NCBI GenBank assembly: GCA_964407215.1
Contig: CAYOUT010000003.1
Location: 34,700 to 98,699 of the forward strand
Length of the DNA: 64,000 bases
Reading direction: 5' to 3'
DNA from: an uncultured Anaerolineales bacterium
GTDB taxonomy: Bacteria; Chloroflexota; Anaerolineae; UBA1429
The position numbers and the translations under genes were made by a program. The notes under the pieces were generated by a model. It saw nothing but the letters and a program-made list of their open reading frames with translations, was not told where the DNA came from and did not search any database. How positions within the stretch are numbered: position 1 is the first letter of the stretch; each line of letters opens with the position of its first letter. This document shows positions 52,262 to 61,817 of this stretch, piece by piece.

Positions 52262-53422
52262 ATGAAGATCACCGATATCAAGACCTACCCTGTATGGGTG
52301 GGGCAGCGCAACCAACTCGTCGTCAAAGTAGAGACGGACGAAGGAATCGTCGGGTGGGGCGAATCGGGGCTCTCGGGCCGCGAGTTGGCCGTTATCGGGG
52401 CGATCCGCCACTATCGCGAGCTGCTCATCGGCAAGGATCCCATGCGCAGAGGGGCCTTGTGGCAAGAGATGTACCGCAGCCAGTACTATGAGGGCGGGCG
52501 GGTGCTCACAGCGGCCATCTCGGCTCTTGACACAGCGTGCTATGATATCACCGGAAAGGCTCTGGGCGTGCCCGTGTACCAACTGCTGGGCGGCAAGCAG
52601 CGCGATCTCGTGCCCTGTTTCGCCTCGACGCCCGCACCCATGGGGCCCAGACTTATCGAAGACATCAAGTTGCTAGTGGACAAAGGCTGGAACGTGATCC
52701 GCACTGGCATCGGCCATCGACACCATCCGGAGGACCCACGTATCTACGAGCCGCGCGAGTCGATCGCCATAACGGCCGAGTGGCTGGTGAAGGCGCGCGA
52801 GGAGGTGGGGTTAGAGCCGGTGCTGGGCATCGATTACCACCATCGCCTCAGCGTGGCTGAGGCCGCATCCTTTTGCCAGCGGATGCCCTCTGGCACCCTC
52901 GACTTTCTCGAGGAGCCGATCCGCGATGAATCCCCCGAGGCTTACGAAGCGCTGCGCAAGATGGTGGATGTGCCCTTTGCCATCGGTGAAGAGTTCTCGA
53001 GCAAATGGGCGTTCCTGCCCTATATCGAACGCGGCATCGCTAACTTTGCCCGGATCGATGTGGGCAACGTGGGAGGGCTCACGGAAGCCATGAAAGTGGC
53101 GGGCTGGGCTGAGGCACACTATATCGATCTGATGCCTCACAACCCGCTCGGGCCCATCTGCACGGCAGCAACCATCCACTTGGCGGCTGCGGTGGCCAAC
53201 TTTTCGTGGCTGGAGGTGCGTAACTCGCCCACCGAGGACCTGGGCTTTGACGACCCCGAATGGTTCCCCGTGCAGCCGCGCATGGAGGGCCCCATGTATA
53301 TCGTCCCTGACGCGCCCGGACTCGGGGTGGAGTTCAACGAGGAGCGCGCCAAGGAAGAAGAGTTCCGTTTTAACCCGACGTGGATGCTTCACCGCCGCGA
53401 CGGTTCCTACACTAACGCCTAG
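52262..53422 (+). CDS. enolase-superfamily D-galactonate/D-mannonate dehydratase-like enzyme
   Basis: MKITDIKTYPV...GWGE is the capping domain. The barrel is KxK-less, of the ManD/GalD type. Confidence 0.7.
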   Translation: MKITDIKTYPVWVGQRNQLVVKVETDEGIVGWGESGLSGRELAVIGAIRHYRELLIGKDPMRRGALWQEMYRSQYYEGGRVLTAAISALDTACYDITGKALGVPVYQLLGGKQRDLVPCFASTPAPMGPRLIEDIKLLVDKGWNVIRTGIGHRHHPEDPRIYEPRESIAITAEWLVKAREEVGLEPVLGIDYHHRLSVAEAASFCQRMPSGTLDFLEEPIRDESPEAYEALRKMVDVPFAIGEEFSSKWAFLPYIERGIANFARIDVGNVGGLTEAMKVAGWAEAHYIDLMPHNPLGPICTAATIHLAAAVANFSWLEVRNSPTEDLGFDDPEWFPVQPRMEGPMYIVPDAPGLGVEFNEERAKEEEFRFNPTWMLHRRDGSYTNA

Positions 53423-53468
53423 AGCACGGCACAGCACGCCGAACAGATTGCTCTGAGGAGATGGGCGC

Positions 53469-54557
53469 ATGAAGAGTCTTTTTGATGTCGAGGTCTCGCC
53501 TAACTGGGAGGCTCTGGTGGCCTGTATTCTACGCCAGGGCACACCGCAGCGGGTGCACTATATCGAGTTGTTCCTGGACGAGGAGGTCCAGGTGGCAATC
53601 TGCGACAAGTTCGATCTCTTGATGGACCTCGAACCCGATGATCCCTATTGGGATCTGAAGCGGCAGATCATTTTGCAGCGCTTTCTAGGTTACGACTATG
53701 TGCGGGCGGGGCTGGAAAATATGGATATGCCGCTCCACCGCACCACGATATCGGACACGGCCGAGCTGGGTCGCAAAGGCGGCCGCAGCTACATGAACGA
53801 GCACCAAGGCCCCATCACCACCTGGGAAGAGTTCGAGGTCTACCCCTGGCCCGACGCACACCGAGCGACGACGAGGGCATTGGAATGGTACGAAGCCAAC
53901 TTGCCCGACGACATGTGTATCATAGGCAGTGGCGGCTTTGGCCATTTCGCCGAGTATCTCACCTGGCTGATGGGCTATGAATCCCTGTGTTACGCGCTTT
54001 ACGATCAGCCCGATCTGGTGCGGGCTATCGCCGACCGCTTATTGGAGATGTATCGAGTGGCGCTGAAGCGCATCCTGGCTTTCGATCGTGTCAAGATCAT
54101 CTGGGGCAGCGATGATATGGGTTTTCGCTCCGCCACGCTCATCAGTCCCGATGCGACCCGCCGGTACATTCTCCCCGGTCACAAGCTGATGGCGCAGATG
54201 TCTCACAGTGCGGGGCGCCCTTATCTGTTGCACTCTTGCGGAAACCTTACAGAGATTATGGAGGATCTATTGGAGGATGTGCGGATCGATGCCAGGCACT
54301 CCTTCGAGGACACCATCGAACCGGTCACTGACGCCAAACGGCGTTATGGCGATCGCGTGGCCCTGCTGGGTGGTATCGACGTCGATTTTATGTGTCGCGC
54401 CAGTGAGGAGGCTCTACGGCAGCGAGTGCGTGAGATGCTGGACGTGTGCATGCCCGGCGGTGGTTACTGCTTGGGCAGTGGCAACAGCGTTGCTAACTAT
54501 ATCCCGTTGGCCAACTATTTGGCCATGCTGGATGAGGGGCGGCGGTACGTGCTCTGA
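53469..54557 (+). CDS. URO-D-family protein, paralog 3
   Basis: It is similar in length and C-terminal blocks (LLGGIDVDFM, MPGGGYCLGSGNS) to paralogs 1 and 2. Confidence 0.6.
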   Translation: MKSLFDVEVSPNWEALVACILRQGTPQRVHYIELFLDEEVQVAICDKFDLLMDLEPDDPYWDLKRQIILQRFLGYDYVRAGLENMDMPLHRTTISDTAELGRKGGRSYMNEHQGPITTWEEFEVYPWPDAHRATTRALEWYEANLPDDMCIIGSGGFGHFAEYLTWLMGYESLCYALYDQPDLVRAIADRLLEMYRVALKRILAFDRVKIIWGSDDMGFRSATLISPDATRRYILPGHKLMAQMSHSAGRPYLLHSCGNLTEIMEDLLEDVRIDARHSFEDTIEPVTDAKRRYGDRVALLGGIDVDFMCRASEEALRQRVREMLDVCMPGGGYCLGSGNSVANYIPLANYLAMLDEGRRYVL

Positions 54558-54625
54558 ACTCTTTTACATTATGGTGGTGAAGAACAAGCCGCCGGCTTTT
54601 GCCCGGATTTCGATGGCTTGGTCCC

Positions 54626-56053
54626 TCAGCTTATCTTTTCGGACGGTAGGTCACCGGTAGTATGGGTGGGAGGTGGCAGCTCCCGGTGTATCTCTGTCAG
54701 GCGGTAGCCAAAGCCAGGCCCCCGCAGCGACGACAGGTCAAGCATGCCATCGCGCCTACGGTACAACCTGGGGTGGATCTCTGCCTCGGCAGCGGATGCG
54801 TTCGGATAGAACTGCATGGCATTGCTCTCGACGCCCATGATGGTGCCAGCGTGAGCCGCCAGCAGCACATGCGGGATTTGGGCCAACATGGGGTTGGTCA
54901 GGTCTTGTACCATCAGGGCCATGCCGTGAGCTTTGGCCCAGCAGAGGCTCAACAACGCGCCTGTCTGGGTTTTGCAGGTCTTGAGCGCCACACCGGACCA
55001 CCCCAGGTCGCGCCCCAGACGGATTAGCCGCCAATTGTGGGCACTTTCATCCATGAAAAGGGGTTTGCGCGCCGCTAGGCTATGTACATCGATGCGGTGA
55101 CGCTCCAAATCATAAGGGAAAGGCTGCTCGACATACAGGATCATGCCGTACAGACGCGGTTCGTCGCGTAGAAGGCGATCCAACAGAGCATTGACGTAGG
55201 CGGGGTCAGTGACAGTACAGTTCAAGTCAGCTGATAGCCAATCCGCGCCGCACTCAGATGCGGCCCTCCCCACACGGCGTACTCGCTGGTAGTCCCAGTC
55301 CCAGTCGTTGCCGCGCAGTTTGATCTTGAGGCACTTGAGGCCGTCACTAGCGATCCAATCGCGCAGCAGCACCGGGTAACCATCGCAGGGCTCGTCTCCC
55401 GTGAGGTCGCTTTTGTCGATCGGGTCCAGCCCTCCAACGAGATGCCATACGGGAAGCGCTTGGGGTGGCGGCGTCAGATACTCTTGCGGGTACCTGCCCG
55501 AGAAGCAGAGGTTGGAGCCGGCCGCGGGCACCAGGAACTGACACAGGTCTTGGCTCATGAACTCGGGGCCGTAGGTTTCGTAGATGGGCAGCCCCAGTAG
55601 GGCGCCGTAAGCGTCGTGTAGCGCGATATCGAATGCCGAGCAACACACGAGAGCAGCCAGCCAGGGGATCGGCTCGTGTTCGGCGCCCAACCGGCTATTG
55701 GCCGATTCGAGCAGGCCAGGCAGCACCCGCTCCTGGAAGGCATGGCCCACTTTGACGGGGTGGCCCGTCTCTTCAAAGGCAGCCCAAGCGTCGGTGAGTT
55801 CCTCGCAAAGCGAGACGAGGGCGTTATAGCGCTTGATATAGGGCAGGGTGCTGGGCCACACCCACTGCACGCTCAACGGTGTCTCGCCCCAGCCTATAGC
55901 TGTGCGTCCCTGGCGATCTCTTATTCGCAAGCACACTCGGGCACAGGTGACTGTGGTGAGTGTCTCGGGACCGAATTTCAGCGGGACACGTGTCTGCACA
56001 GGGAGCAAGTACAATCTGGCTGCAATGGGTCTTGCGTCGGTGAGTCTGGTCAT
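54626..56053 (-). CDS. divergent enolase-superfamily (MR/MLE-like) protein
   Basis: The KIKLRG and DESA segments are consistent with MR/MLE metal-ligand strands. The start is at MTRLTDARPI, with a GAGGGGG Shine-Dalgarno. Confidence 0.5.
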   Translation of the reverse strand: MTRLTDARPIAARLYLLPVQTRVPLKFGPETLTTVTCARVCLRIRDRQGRTAIGWGETPLSVQWVWPSTLPYIKRYNALVSLCEELTDAWAAFEETGHPVKVGHAFQERVLPGLLESANSRLGAEHEPIPWLAALVCCSAFDIALHDAYGALLGLPIYETYGPEFMSQDLCQFLVPAAGSNLCFSGRYPQEYLTPPPQALPVWHLVGGLDPIDKSDLTGDEPCDGYPVLLRDWIASDGLKCLKIKLRGNDWDWDYQRVRRVGRAASECGADWLSADLNCTVTDPAYVNALLDRLLRDEPRLYGMILYVEQPFPYDLERHRIDVHSLAARKPLFMDESAHNWRLIRLGRDLGWSGVALKTCKTQTGALLSLCWAKAHGMALMVQDLTNPMLAQIPHVLLAAHAGTIMGVESNAMQFYPNASAAEAEIHPRLYRRRDGMLDLSSLRGPGFGYRLTEIHRELPPPTHTTGDLPSEKIS

Positions 56054-56341
56054 CTGGGGGACCCCCTCTGTGTAGGCGCCCCGGTACATAGGGAAGGGGC
56101 TGTTCGGCTAGCCCATTGTGCCCCAAACGGATGGGGCTACGCAAGGCGGGTTGTCGCAGCTCTTGCATACGGATGGACGCACAGAAAAGGCTGACACAAA
56201 TGGACGCCGTGCTCGTGTTCACAGTGGGCATCGATGCAACGCAGGCACGAGGTTCGTGTTCAGAGGAGGGCCATATGGACACGGAAAAAGAAGCGTCTGC
56301 TACTCCCGATGGCGTAATGTTGGCCGCCATCTATCACTTTC

Positions 56342-56794
56342 TTGGCGGGAGTGAATTTGTTGAGCCTAATCATCGCGGTTTTGTCGGGGCTGGGCCTCAT
56401 GATTTGGACGGCAGCTACCCACGACGCAGGGGTGATCATTCTCGGATTACCACTCCTTGGAGCGGCGCTGCTGTGGACGAGTTCTGTGGCGACAGTGTCT
56501 TTTGCGACGGGCTGGGGGCTGCTGAAAGTGCGAAATTGAGCTCGCTGGATGGCTCTACTGCTTGCTATTCTTGGGCTGTTCAACTTTCCCACCGGCACCG
56601 TCATCGGGGGGCTGATTATCTGGTATTTTCTCAGAGATGATATACGCCCTCTGTTTGATAGGCGCCGATACGCTGCGGAAAGAGAGGCTCATAGCCTCTC
56701 TTTCCGCAGCAGCTGGCGGTCTAGTAGCGTACCTCGACGGTTTTGCCCGTCTCTGCTGAGTGAAGCAGGGCCGCGATCACCTGTGATTGCTTGA
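56342..56794 (+). pseudogene. small membrane-protein ORF interrupted by an in-frame TGA (65-aa and 81-aa hydrophobic ORFs in the same frame)
   Basis: The ORFs use a TTG start. There are four predicted TM helices across the TGA at 56537..56539. The region lies in a 630-bp gap between minus-strand genes, and its 3' end overlaps the neighbouring gene by 73 nt. Confidence 0.25.
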
Positions 56795-57893
56795 GGCCGT
56801 CCACATGTGTGGGAAGCGGGCCCAGATTCTGCCAGCTTTGTGGTGTCAGCGTGTCCTCTAGAATGGCATCCACGATGCAGCCCGATAGGGCCATAGGCGC
56901 ACCGTATCCCAAGCCATGGAACTCTAGCGCCAATGAGAGCTCCCCTCCTCCTGCGGTCAGCTGTCCCGCGCTGAGATCAGGTCGATGCACAAGCGCCGCA
57001 ACATTGACACCATGCGCTAGGAGGGCGCCTTGGTGGGCGAGCAGCTGCTCCATCGTTGTGTCTCCTGACACGTTCGCGCGCCAGCCATCTTCCGTGCCAA
57101 ACCCCCCGCGTTTGTTGTAGATCAGCGTCCCGCTGGCTCCCGAAAAACACATATAGAACTCGACCAACTGGTCGATGTGCTTGATCCACTCCGCTTTGAC
57201 ACGGATCTTGGCGCCAGTATCAAAGGTGAGAAAGGCGTCGTATACGTCGGGGGTGTGGCCGAGCACTTTGCGCTGAGAGATGGCATAGACCTCAGTGACT
57301 TCAGCGGGGCTAAGGTACCAATGCAGCAGGTCCACCACGTGGCTCAGTAGAAAATGCGCGGTGGATGAGCCCGCAGCCCACTCTTGGCTACGGCTGCCCC
57401 ACATCTGGGTGGGCACCGAGATGTTGTCGTCAAGGCGTGATTCGCCGTATACCACCGGCCCCAGAAGACCCTGTTGGATCACGTAGCGCGTGGCGATATC
57501 CAACGGGGCCGATCGGTTGGCATAGTTCACGAACAGACGTGCGCCACGGCGCTCAACAACCTCCGCGATGGCGAGGGCATCTTCCACCGTGGTGGCTAGC
57601 GGTTTTTCCTCGAGGATATTGGGTACGCCCGCCTCCAGAGCAGCTAAAGTGGGCTCGCGATGGAGTGGATCCGGCGTAGCCACGATGACCAGATCGAGAG
57701 CGTACTCACGGAGCATTCTGCGGTAATCGGTGTAGCATTGGGCTCCCGTCAGTTGGGCCACTCGCTCGGCCACGTCCTGGCGGATGTCCGACACAGCTAC
57801 GACATCCACCGCAGCGTGCTTGTGCATATAGTCCGCGTGTTGGCTGCCGAGAATGCCCAGACCGATCACGCCTGCTTTTAGTCTTTCGCTCAT
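56721..57893 (-). CDS. Gfo/Idh/MocA-family oxidoreductase
   Basis: LKAGVIGLGILGSQHA is the Rossmann motif. EKPLA is present. Confidence 0.8.
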   Translation of the reverse strand: MSERLKAGVIGLGILGSQHADYMHKHAAVDVVAVSDIRQDVAERVAQLTGAQCYTDYRRMLREYALDLVIVATPDPLHREPTLAALEAGVPNILEEKPLATTVEDALAIAEVVERRGARLFVNYANRSAPLDIATRYVIQQGLLGPVVYGESRLDDNISVPTQMWGSRSQEWAAGSSTAHFLLSHVVDLLHWYLSPAEVTEVYAISQRKVLGHTPDVYDAFLTFDTGAKIRVKAEWIKHIDQLVEFYMCFSGASGTLIYNKRGGFGTEDGWRANVSGDTTMEQLLAHQGALLAHGVNVAALVHRPDLSAGQLTAGGGELSLALEFHGLGYGAPMALSGCIVDAILEDTLTPQSWQNLGPLPTHVDGLKQSQVIAALLHSAETGKTVEVRY

Positions 57894-57962
57894 GGAACCT
57901 CCTGTGACTGGGGCTGTACCTTGTTAGTTGTGAATCCGTTTCCGATTGCCTTTTGGCCGCCG

Positions 57963-58901
57963 TCACTGGTGTTCAATGTTTGGCAGGCCTAACTCTTGTG
58001 CTACGTTCTGCGCCAAGCCGTGCAGGTCGCGCAGCGCCGAGATCTCTTCGTCACTGAATGTACAATTGCAGGATCGACAGGTGGGTGTCAGCTGCAGCCC
58101 TAACATCATCCCGAGGTATACTTTGGCGCATGCGGGGTACTTGTCTCGGGTGGCGAGGTCGCCTACGCTCAGGAATCGCTGCAGGTGTTGGCTCCTGACA
58201 GATTGGCTCGCATGGTGACACAGCCAGACGTACAAACTCGGGTAAAAGTTGGCGCCAACCCCACAATAGCCGTGGGCGCCGGCCAGCAGCGAATCCAATA
58301 GCGTTGGGGTGTTGGCATTATAGAATGCAAAGGGTGCGCCGCCTACCGCACCAATTTTGGCCCGGATGGCATTCAGATCGCATGAGGTGTCTTTGTGGAA
58401 CACGAACCGCCCGCTGTGAGCCGCCCAGCTGATAACACGAGGGCTCAGGAGCCGTTTGTAGGGGGCGGGGCACTCGTACAGCCCCAATGGGATGCCGGTA
58501 GTGCTCTGTAACAGGGCATCGGCGTTGGCGAGCCATTGGTCGTCATCGTCGCTGGCCTCGGCCAACTGGTTCGTCAGCACCACGACGGCGCTGACGCCGG
58601 TATCAGCCATGCGGCGCACCGATGCAGCCTGCGCCTCGATCTCGCCGCCGAACGTTCCCGAAGCTACCACCGGCACCCGTCCCCCTACGCGGGCTACCAC
58701 TTGTCGAGCGATCTTTAGTCGTTCGGCAGGCGTCAGATGGAACATCTCACTGGAGAGGCAGACAGTAAACAGCCCTGCTACGCCGGCCTCCAGATACCAT
58801 TCGATCAGCGCATCCAGAGCTCTCCAATCGATAGCGTGATCCTCCCGAAAAGGGGTGAGCATCACGGGCCAGACACCCGCCGGAGAAATGATTGGTTGCA
58901 T
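57963..58901 (-). CDS. DapA/NanA-family class I aldolase (2-keto-3-deoxy-sugar-acid aldolase-like)
   Basis: PVMLTPF, GTFGGE and FHKDTS (the Schiff-base Lys context) match the DapA family. Confidence 0.75.
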   Translation of the reverse strand: MQPIISPAGVWPVMLTPFREDHAIDWRALDALIEWYLEAGVAGLFTVCLSSEMFHLTPAERLKIARQVVARVGGRVPVVASGTFGGEIEAQAASVRRMADTGVSAVVVLTNQLAEASDDDDQWLANADALLQSTTGIPLGLYECPAPYKRLLSPRVISWAAHSGRFVFHKDTSCDLNAIRAKIGAVGGAPFAFYNANTPTLLDSLLAGAHGYCGVGANFYPSLYVWLCHHASQSVRSQHLQRFLSVGDLATRDKYPACAKVYLGMMLGLQLTPTCRSCNCTFSDEEISALRDLHGLAQNVAQELGLPNIEHQ

Positions 58902-59064
58902 AATCCCCCATGTGTGCGCGATGTAGCTGCACGTTGTTGGAGCGCGTCCAGCGATACCCCGCTTACTCGATTACCACTAGTGCGGTGTCCATCAGCCTGG
59001 CCAGCTGCGAACGCAGCTCACTTGGCGACCCACGCTAAGGACACAACAGTGTGTCGTCCTCTCA

Positions 59065-59790
59065 TTACACCGGCGATCCACGAACTTGGCTGTATGCGAA
59101 TCGCAGGTGCGATTTGGTGCTACCGATGTACAAGGCCAGCCAGGGATGCCTCCCCTTCGGCGGCCGCCAACGGCTTGAGTGGCGCCCAAGATGGTGATGG
59201 GGCCGGTCTGTACGCTGAATTCGACCGATATACCGTACCCGCGCTTGCCGCGATACAGCCCCAAGCCTCGGCCGTTGTGGCCCTGCGCAGTGAGCAGCGC
59301 GCCGGCTTTGGCGTCTACGCGCATAGTACAGGCTGCTCCTTACGTCGGCTGTAGGGATCCAATCGAGAATCTCGCCCCAAGCGCGCCCATCCTCGAACAA
59401 CATACCCGCGACCACATCAAAGGGCGCTCGAACGCGGGCAAATGCGTTGGATATATCGGGCACGCAGCAGGCGCAGCAATTGGCCGGCCACTCTTGTGTG
59501 TCGGTGTGCTCATAGTCGAGCGCGAGAGTGGGCTGGAGGTCCAAGATCAGCACATTGGCCGCACGGCGTTGTACCGCTAGCAGCATCCGCGAAAAGTTGT
59601 AAAGTGCCCACGTAACACACGATGCACAGACGTACGACCCCAAGCGCTCTTCCACATGTTGTTGATATCCCGAGAGTCGCTCGCGTAGCCCCTCGAGCTG
59701 CGGCCAGCAGGCAGCCAAGCCGATACGAATACGCTTATACGTGCCGGTAGCCTTGGGCTCCGCCCCATGCAGATACCCCCTCTTGCTCAC
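59065..59790 (-). CDS. hypothetical protein; the C-terminal third is Arg-rich and low-complexity, so a frameshift or pseudogene is possible
   Basis: The N-terminal ~150 aa are protein-like (RIRIGLAACWPQL..., CCACCVPDI). The tail looks like wrong-frame translation. An overlapping ORF at 58992..59324 has a protein-like start. Confidence 0.3.
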   Translation of the reverse strand: MSKRGYLHGAEPKATGTYKRIRIGLAACWPQLEGLRERLSGYQQHVEERLGSYVCASCVTWALYNFSRMLLAVQRRAANVLILDLQPTLALDYEHTDTQEWPANCCACCVPDISNAFARVRAPFDVVAGMLFEDGRAWGEILDWIPTADVRSSLYYARRRQSRRAAHCAGPQRPRLGAVSRQARVRYIGRIQRTDRPHHHLGRHSSRWRPPKGRHPWLALYIGSTKSHLRFAYSQVRGSPV

Positions 59791-59946
59791 ACATCCGATC
59801 CACTCGACGTGCCAGATAAAAGCAAGATTGGGGTGGATATTCCCATGATATCAAGGGGTGGAGTGGTTGTCCAGGAATAAGCCCCGGGTTTTCGCGGTTG
59901 AAGGCTCTATCCGTGTATGCTCGCGGTTTGCTTGACTATAGAGCAC

Positions 59947-59974
59947 TTTGACGACACGCACGATACTGTATAAA
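59947..59974 (+). promoter_or_regulatory. candidate promoter of the ABC exporter pair (-35 TTTGAC, 16 nt, -10 TATAAA)
   Basis: The promoter is seen in the sequence, about 65 nt upstream of the GTG start at 60039. Confidence 0.35.
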
Positions 59975-60038
59975 ATGATCGTCTATCGATTGCGGGAGTT
60001 GGGCCTCTCGCGTGCCCTCACCGCACGGGAGAACGAAC

Positions 60039-61817
60039 GTGAAGTACCTTTGGCGCTCGATGGTATTCCTAAAGAGATACTGGCTGATGAGCTTGGCCGC
60101 GTTGGCTAGCTTGGCCATTTCAGCTGCGGGGATGCTCGTCGTTCCGCGACTGTCTCAGACGATTATCGACCAGGGAATTGCTCAAGGCGATATGGCGCTG
60201 GTGACCAGGCTGTCTGTGCTGATGCTCGCCATCGCCGTGGCCCGGGGGCTGTTCCAGTTCGCCCAGGGCGCCCTGGCTGCTCGTGTGGCGCAAGGGATCG
60301 CTTACGACCTGCGCAACACACTACACGCCAAGATCCAGGGACTGTCGTTCAGCTACCATGACCACGCTCAGACGGGGCAACTTCTGACTCGCACCACCTC
60401 GGATGTGGAGGCAGTGCAGCGCTTCGTGGGACGTGGAGCAGCCATGTTTCTCATGGCGGTGCTGATGCTAGGGGGCTCGTTGGCTCTGTTGTTCGCCACC
60501 AACTGGCGACTGGCCATTGTTATGGTTGCGATTGTGCCCGTAACGCTCGGCCTCTTTGGGCTGTTTGCGCGCGTGGCGACTCCCCTGTTCAAAGAGGTAC
60601 AGCAGCGTCTATCCGATCTGAACGTTGTGCTGCAAGAGAACATCGCTGGCGTACGCGTTGTCAAAGCGTTCGCTAGAGAGCCTTACGAGGCGCAACGCTA
60701 CGAGGCCGTTAACCGGCGAGTGTACGACATCAATATAGATGTAAACCGAGTGCTATCACTCGCGTTCCCCACGGTATTCTCGGTGTCGAGCCTTGCGACT
60801 CTGGCGATCTACTGGATTGGTGGCAATCAGGTGATCGGCGGCACGCTGACAGTGGGCGAGTTGGTTGCTTTTGTGGGGTACGTCATGCTGTCGTTCTTCC
60901 CCGTGCTGATGATCGGTATGATCATCGCTATGATGTCGGCTGCAGCGGCCTCTGCTGAGCGCATTTTTGAAGTGCTCGATGCTGCGTCGGAAGTGGTCGA
61001 AAAACAGGACGCGGTGCCTCTGCTTCCGGTGCAGGGCCGCGTTGTGTTCGATGATGTGTCGTTTCGCTATTATGGCTCGGGCGACCCTGTGTTGAGCCAC
61101 GTCAGCTTTGCTGCAGAGCCCGGACAGGTGGTGGCGTTGTTGGGAGCGACGGGATCGGGCAAATCCACCATTATCAACCTCATCCCTCGTTTCTATGATG
61201 TGACAGAGGGCAGCGTCAGTATCGATGGGTACGATGTGCGCGATGTGACACTCGATTCGCTGCGCTCTCAAATCGGTATCGTATTGCAGGAGACCAACCT
61301 CTTTGAGGGGACGATCCGCGACAACATCGCCTTTGGCAGGCGCGATGCGACACTCGACCAAGTTGTCGAGGTGGCCAAAGCTGCAGAGGCTCACGAGTTC
61401 ATCACCAGCTTTGCGGATGGCTATGAGAGTCGCGTGGGAGAGCGTGGCGCGACGCTCTCCGGCGGGCAGAAGCAGCGTATCGCAATCGCCCGTGCGCTGC
61501 TCTTGAACCCCAAGATTCTCATCCTGGACGACGCTACATCGAGCGTAGACCTCGCTACCGAGCATCGCATTCAGAAGGCGCTCGAGCGACTCATCGAGGG
61601 GCGCACCAGTTTTGTGATCGCACAACGGATCGCCACGGTGCTGAACGCCGATCAGATCCTGGTGTTGGACAAGGGGGAGATCGTGGCGCGCGGCGTGCAC
61701 GAGGAATTGCTCGAGACCAGTGAGATCTATGCCGAGATCTGCCACTCTCAGCTTCAAGACAGTCCGCAGGAGCCGTTGGATACAGAGGCGGATTTTGCTG
61801 AGGAGGTGCGGCCATGA
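60039..61817 (+). CDS. ABC transporter permease/ATP-binding protein (type I exporter, ABCB-like), subunit 1
   Basis: A 6-TM domain is followed by an NBD with Walker A (GATGSGKST), LSGGQKQR and ILILDDATS. The GTG start is preceded by a GGGAGA Shine-Dalgarno (VKYLWRSMVFLKRYW). Confidence 0.8.
   Translation: MKYLWRSMVFLKRYWLMSLAALASLAISAAGMLVVPRLSQTIIDQGIAQGDMALVTRLSVLMLAIAVARGLFQFAQGALAARVAQGIAYDLRNTLHAKIQGLSFSYHDHAQTGQLLTRTTSDVEAVQRFVGRGAAMFLMAVLMLGGSLALLFATNWRLAIVMVAIVPVTLGLFGLFARVATPLFKEVQQRLSDLNVVLQENIAGVRVVKAFAREPYEAQRYEAVNRRVYDINIDVNRVLSLAFPTVFSVSSLATLAIYWIGGNQVIGGTLTVGELVAFVGYVMLSFFPVLMIGMIIAMMSAAAASAERIFEVLDAASEVVEKQDAVPLLPVQGRVVFDDVSFRYYGSGDPVLSHVSFAAEPGQVVALLGATGSGKSTIINLIPRFYDVTEGSVSIDGYDVRDVTLDSLRSQIGIVLQETNLFEGTIRDNIAFGRRDATLDQVVEVAKAAEAHEFITSFADGYESRVGERGATLSGGQKQRIAIARALLLNPKILILDDATSSVDLATEHRIQKALERLIEGRTSFVIAQRIATVLNADQILVLDKGEIVARGVHEELLETSEIYAEICHSQLQDSPQEPLDTEADFAEEVRP

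Noticed and set aside
56260-56604. A minus-strand 114-aa ORF in the 630-bp gap.
   Set aside because: It is low-complexity and Arg/Ser-rich. It is antisense to the more protein-like hydrophobic plus-strand frame. It has no Shine-Dalgarno.
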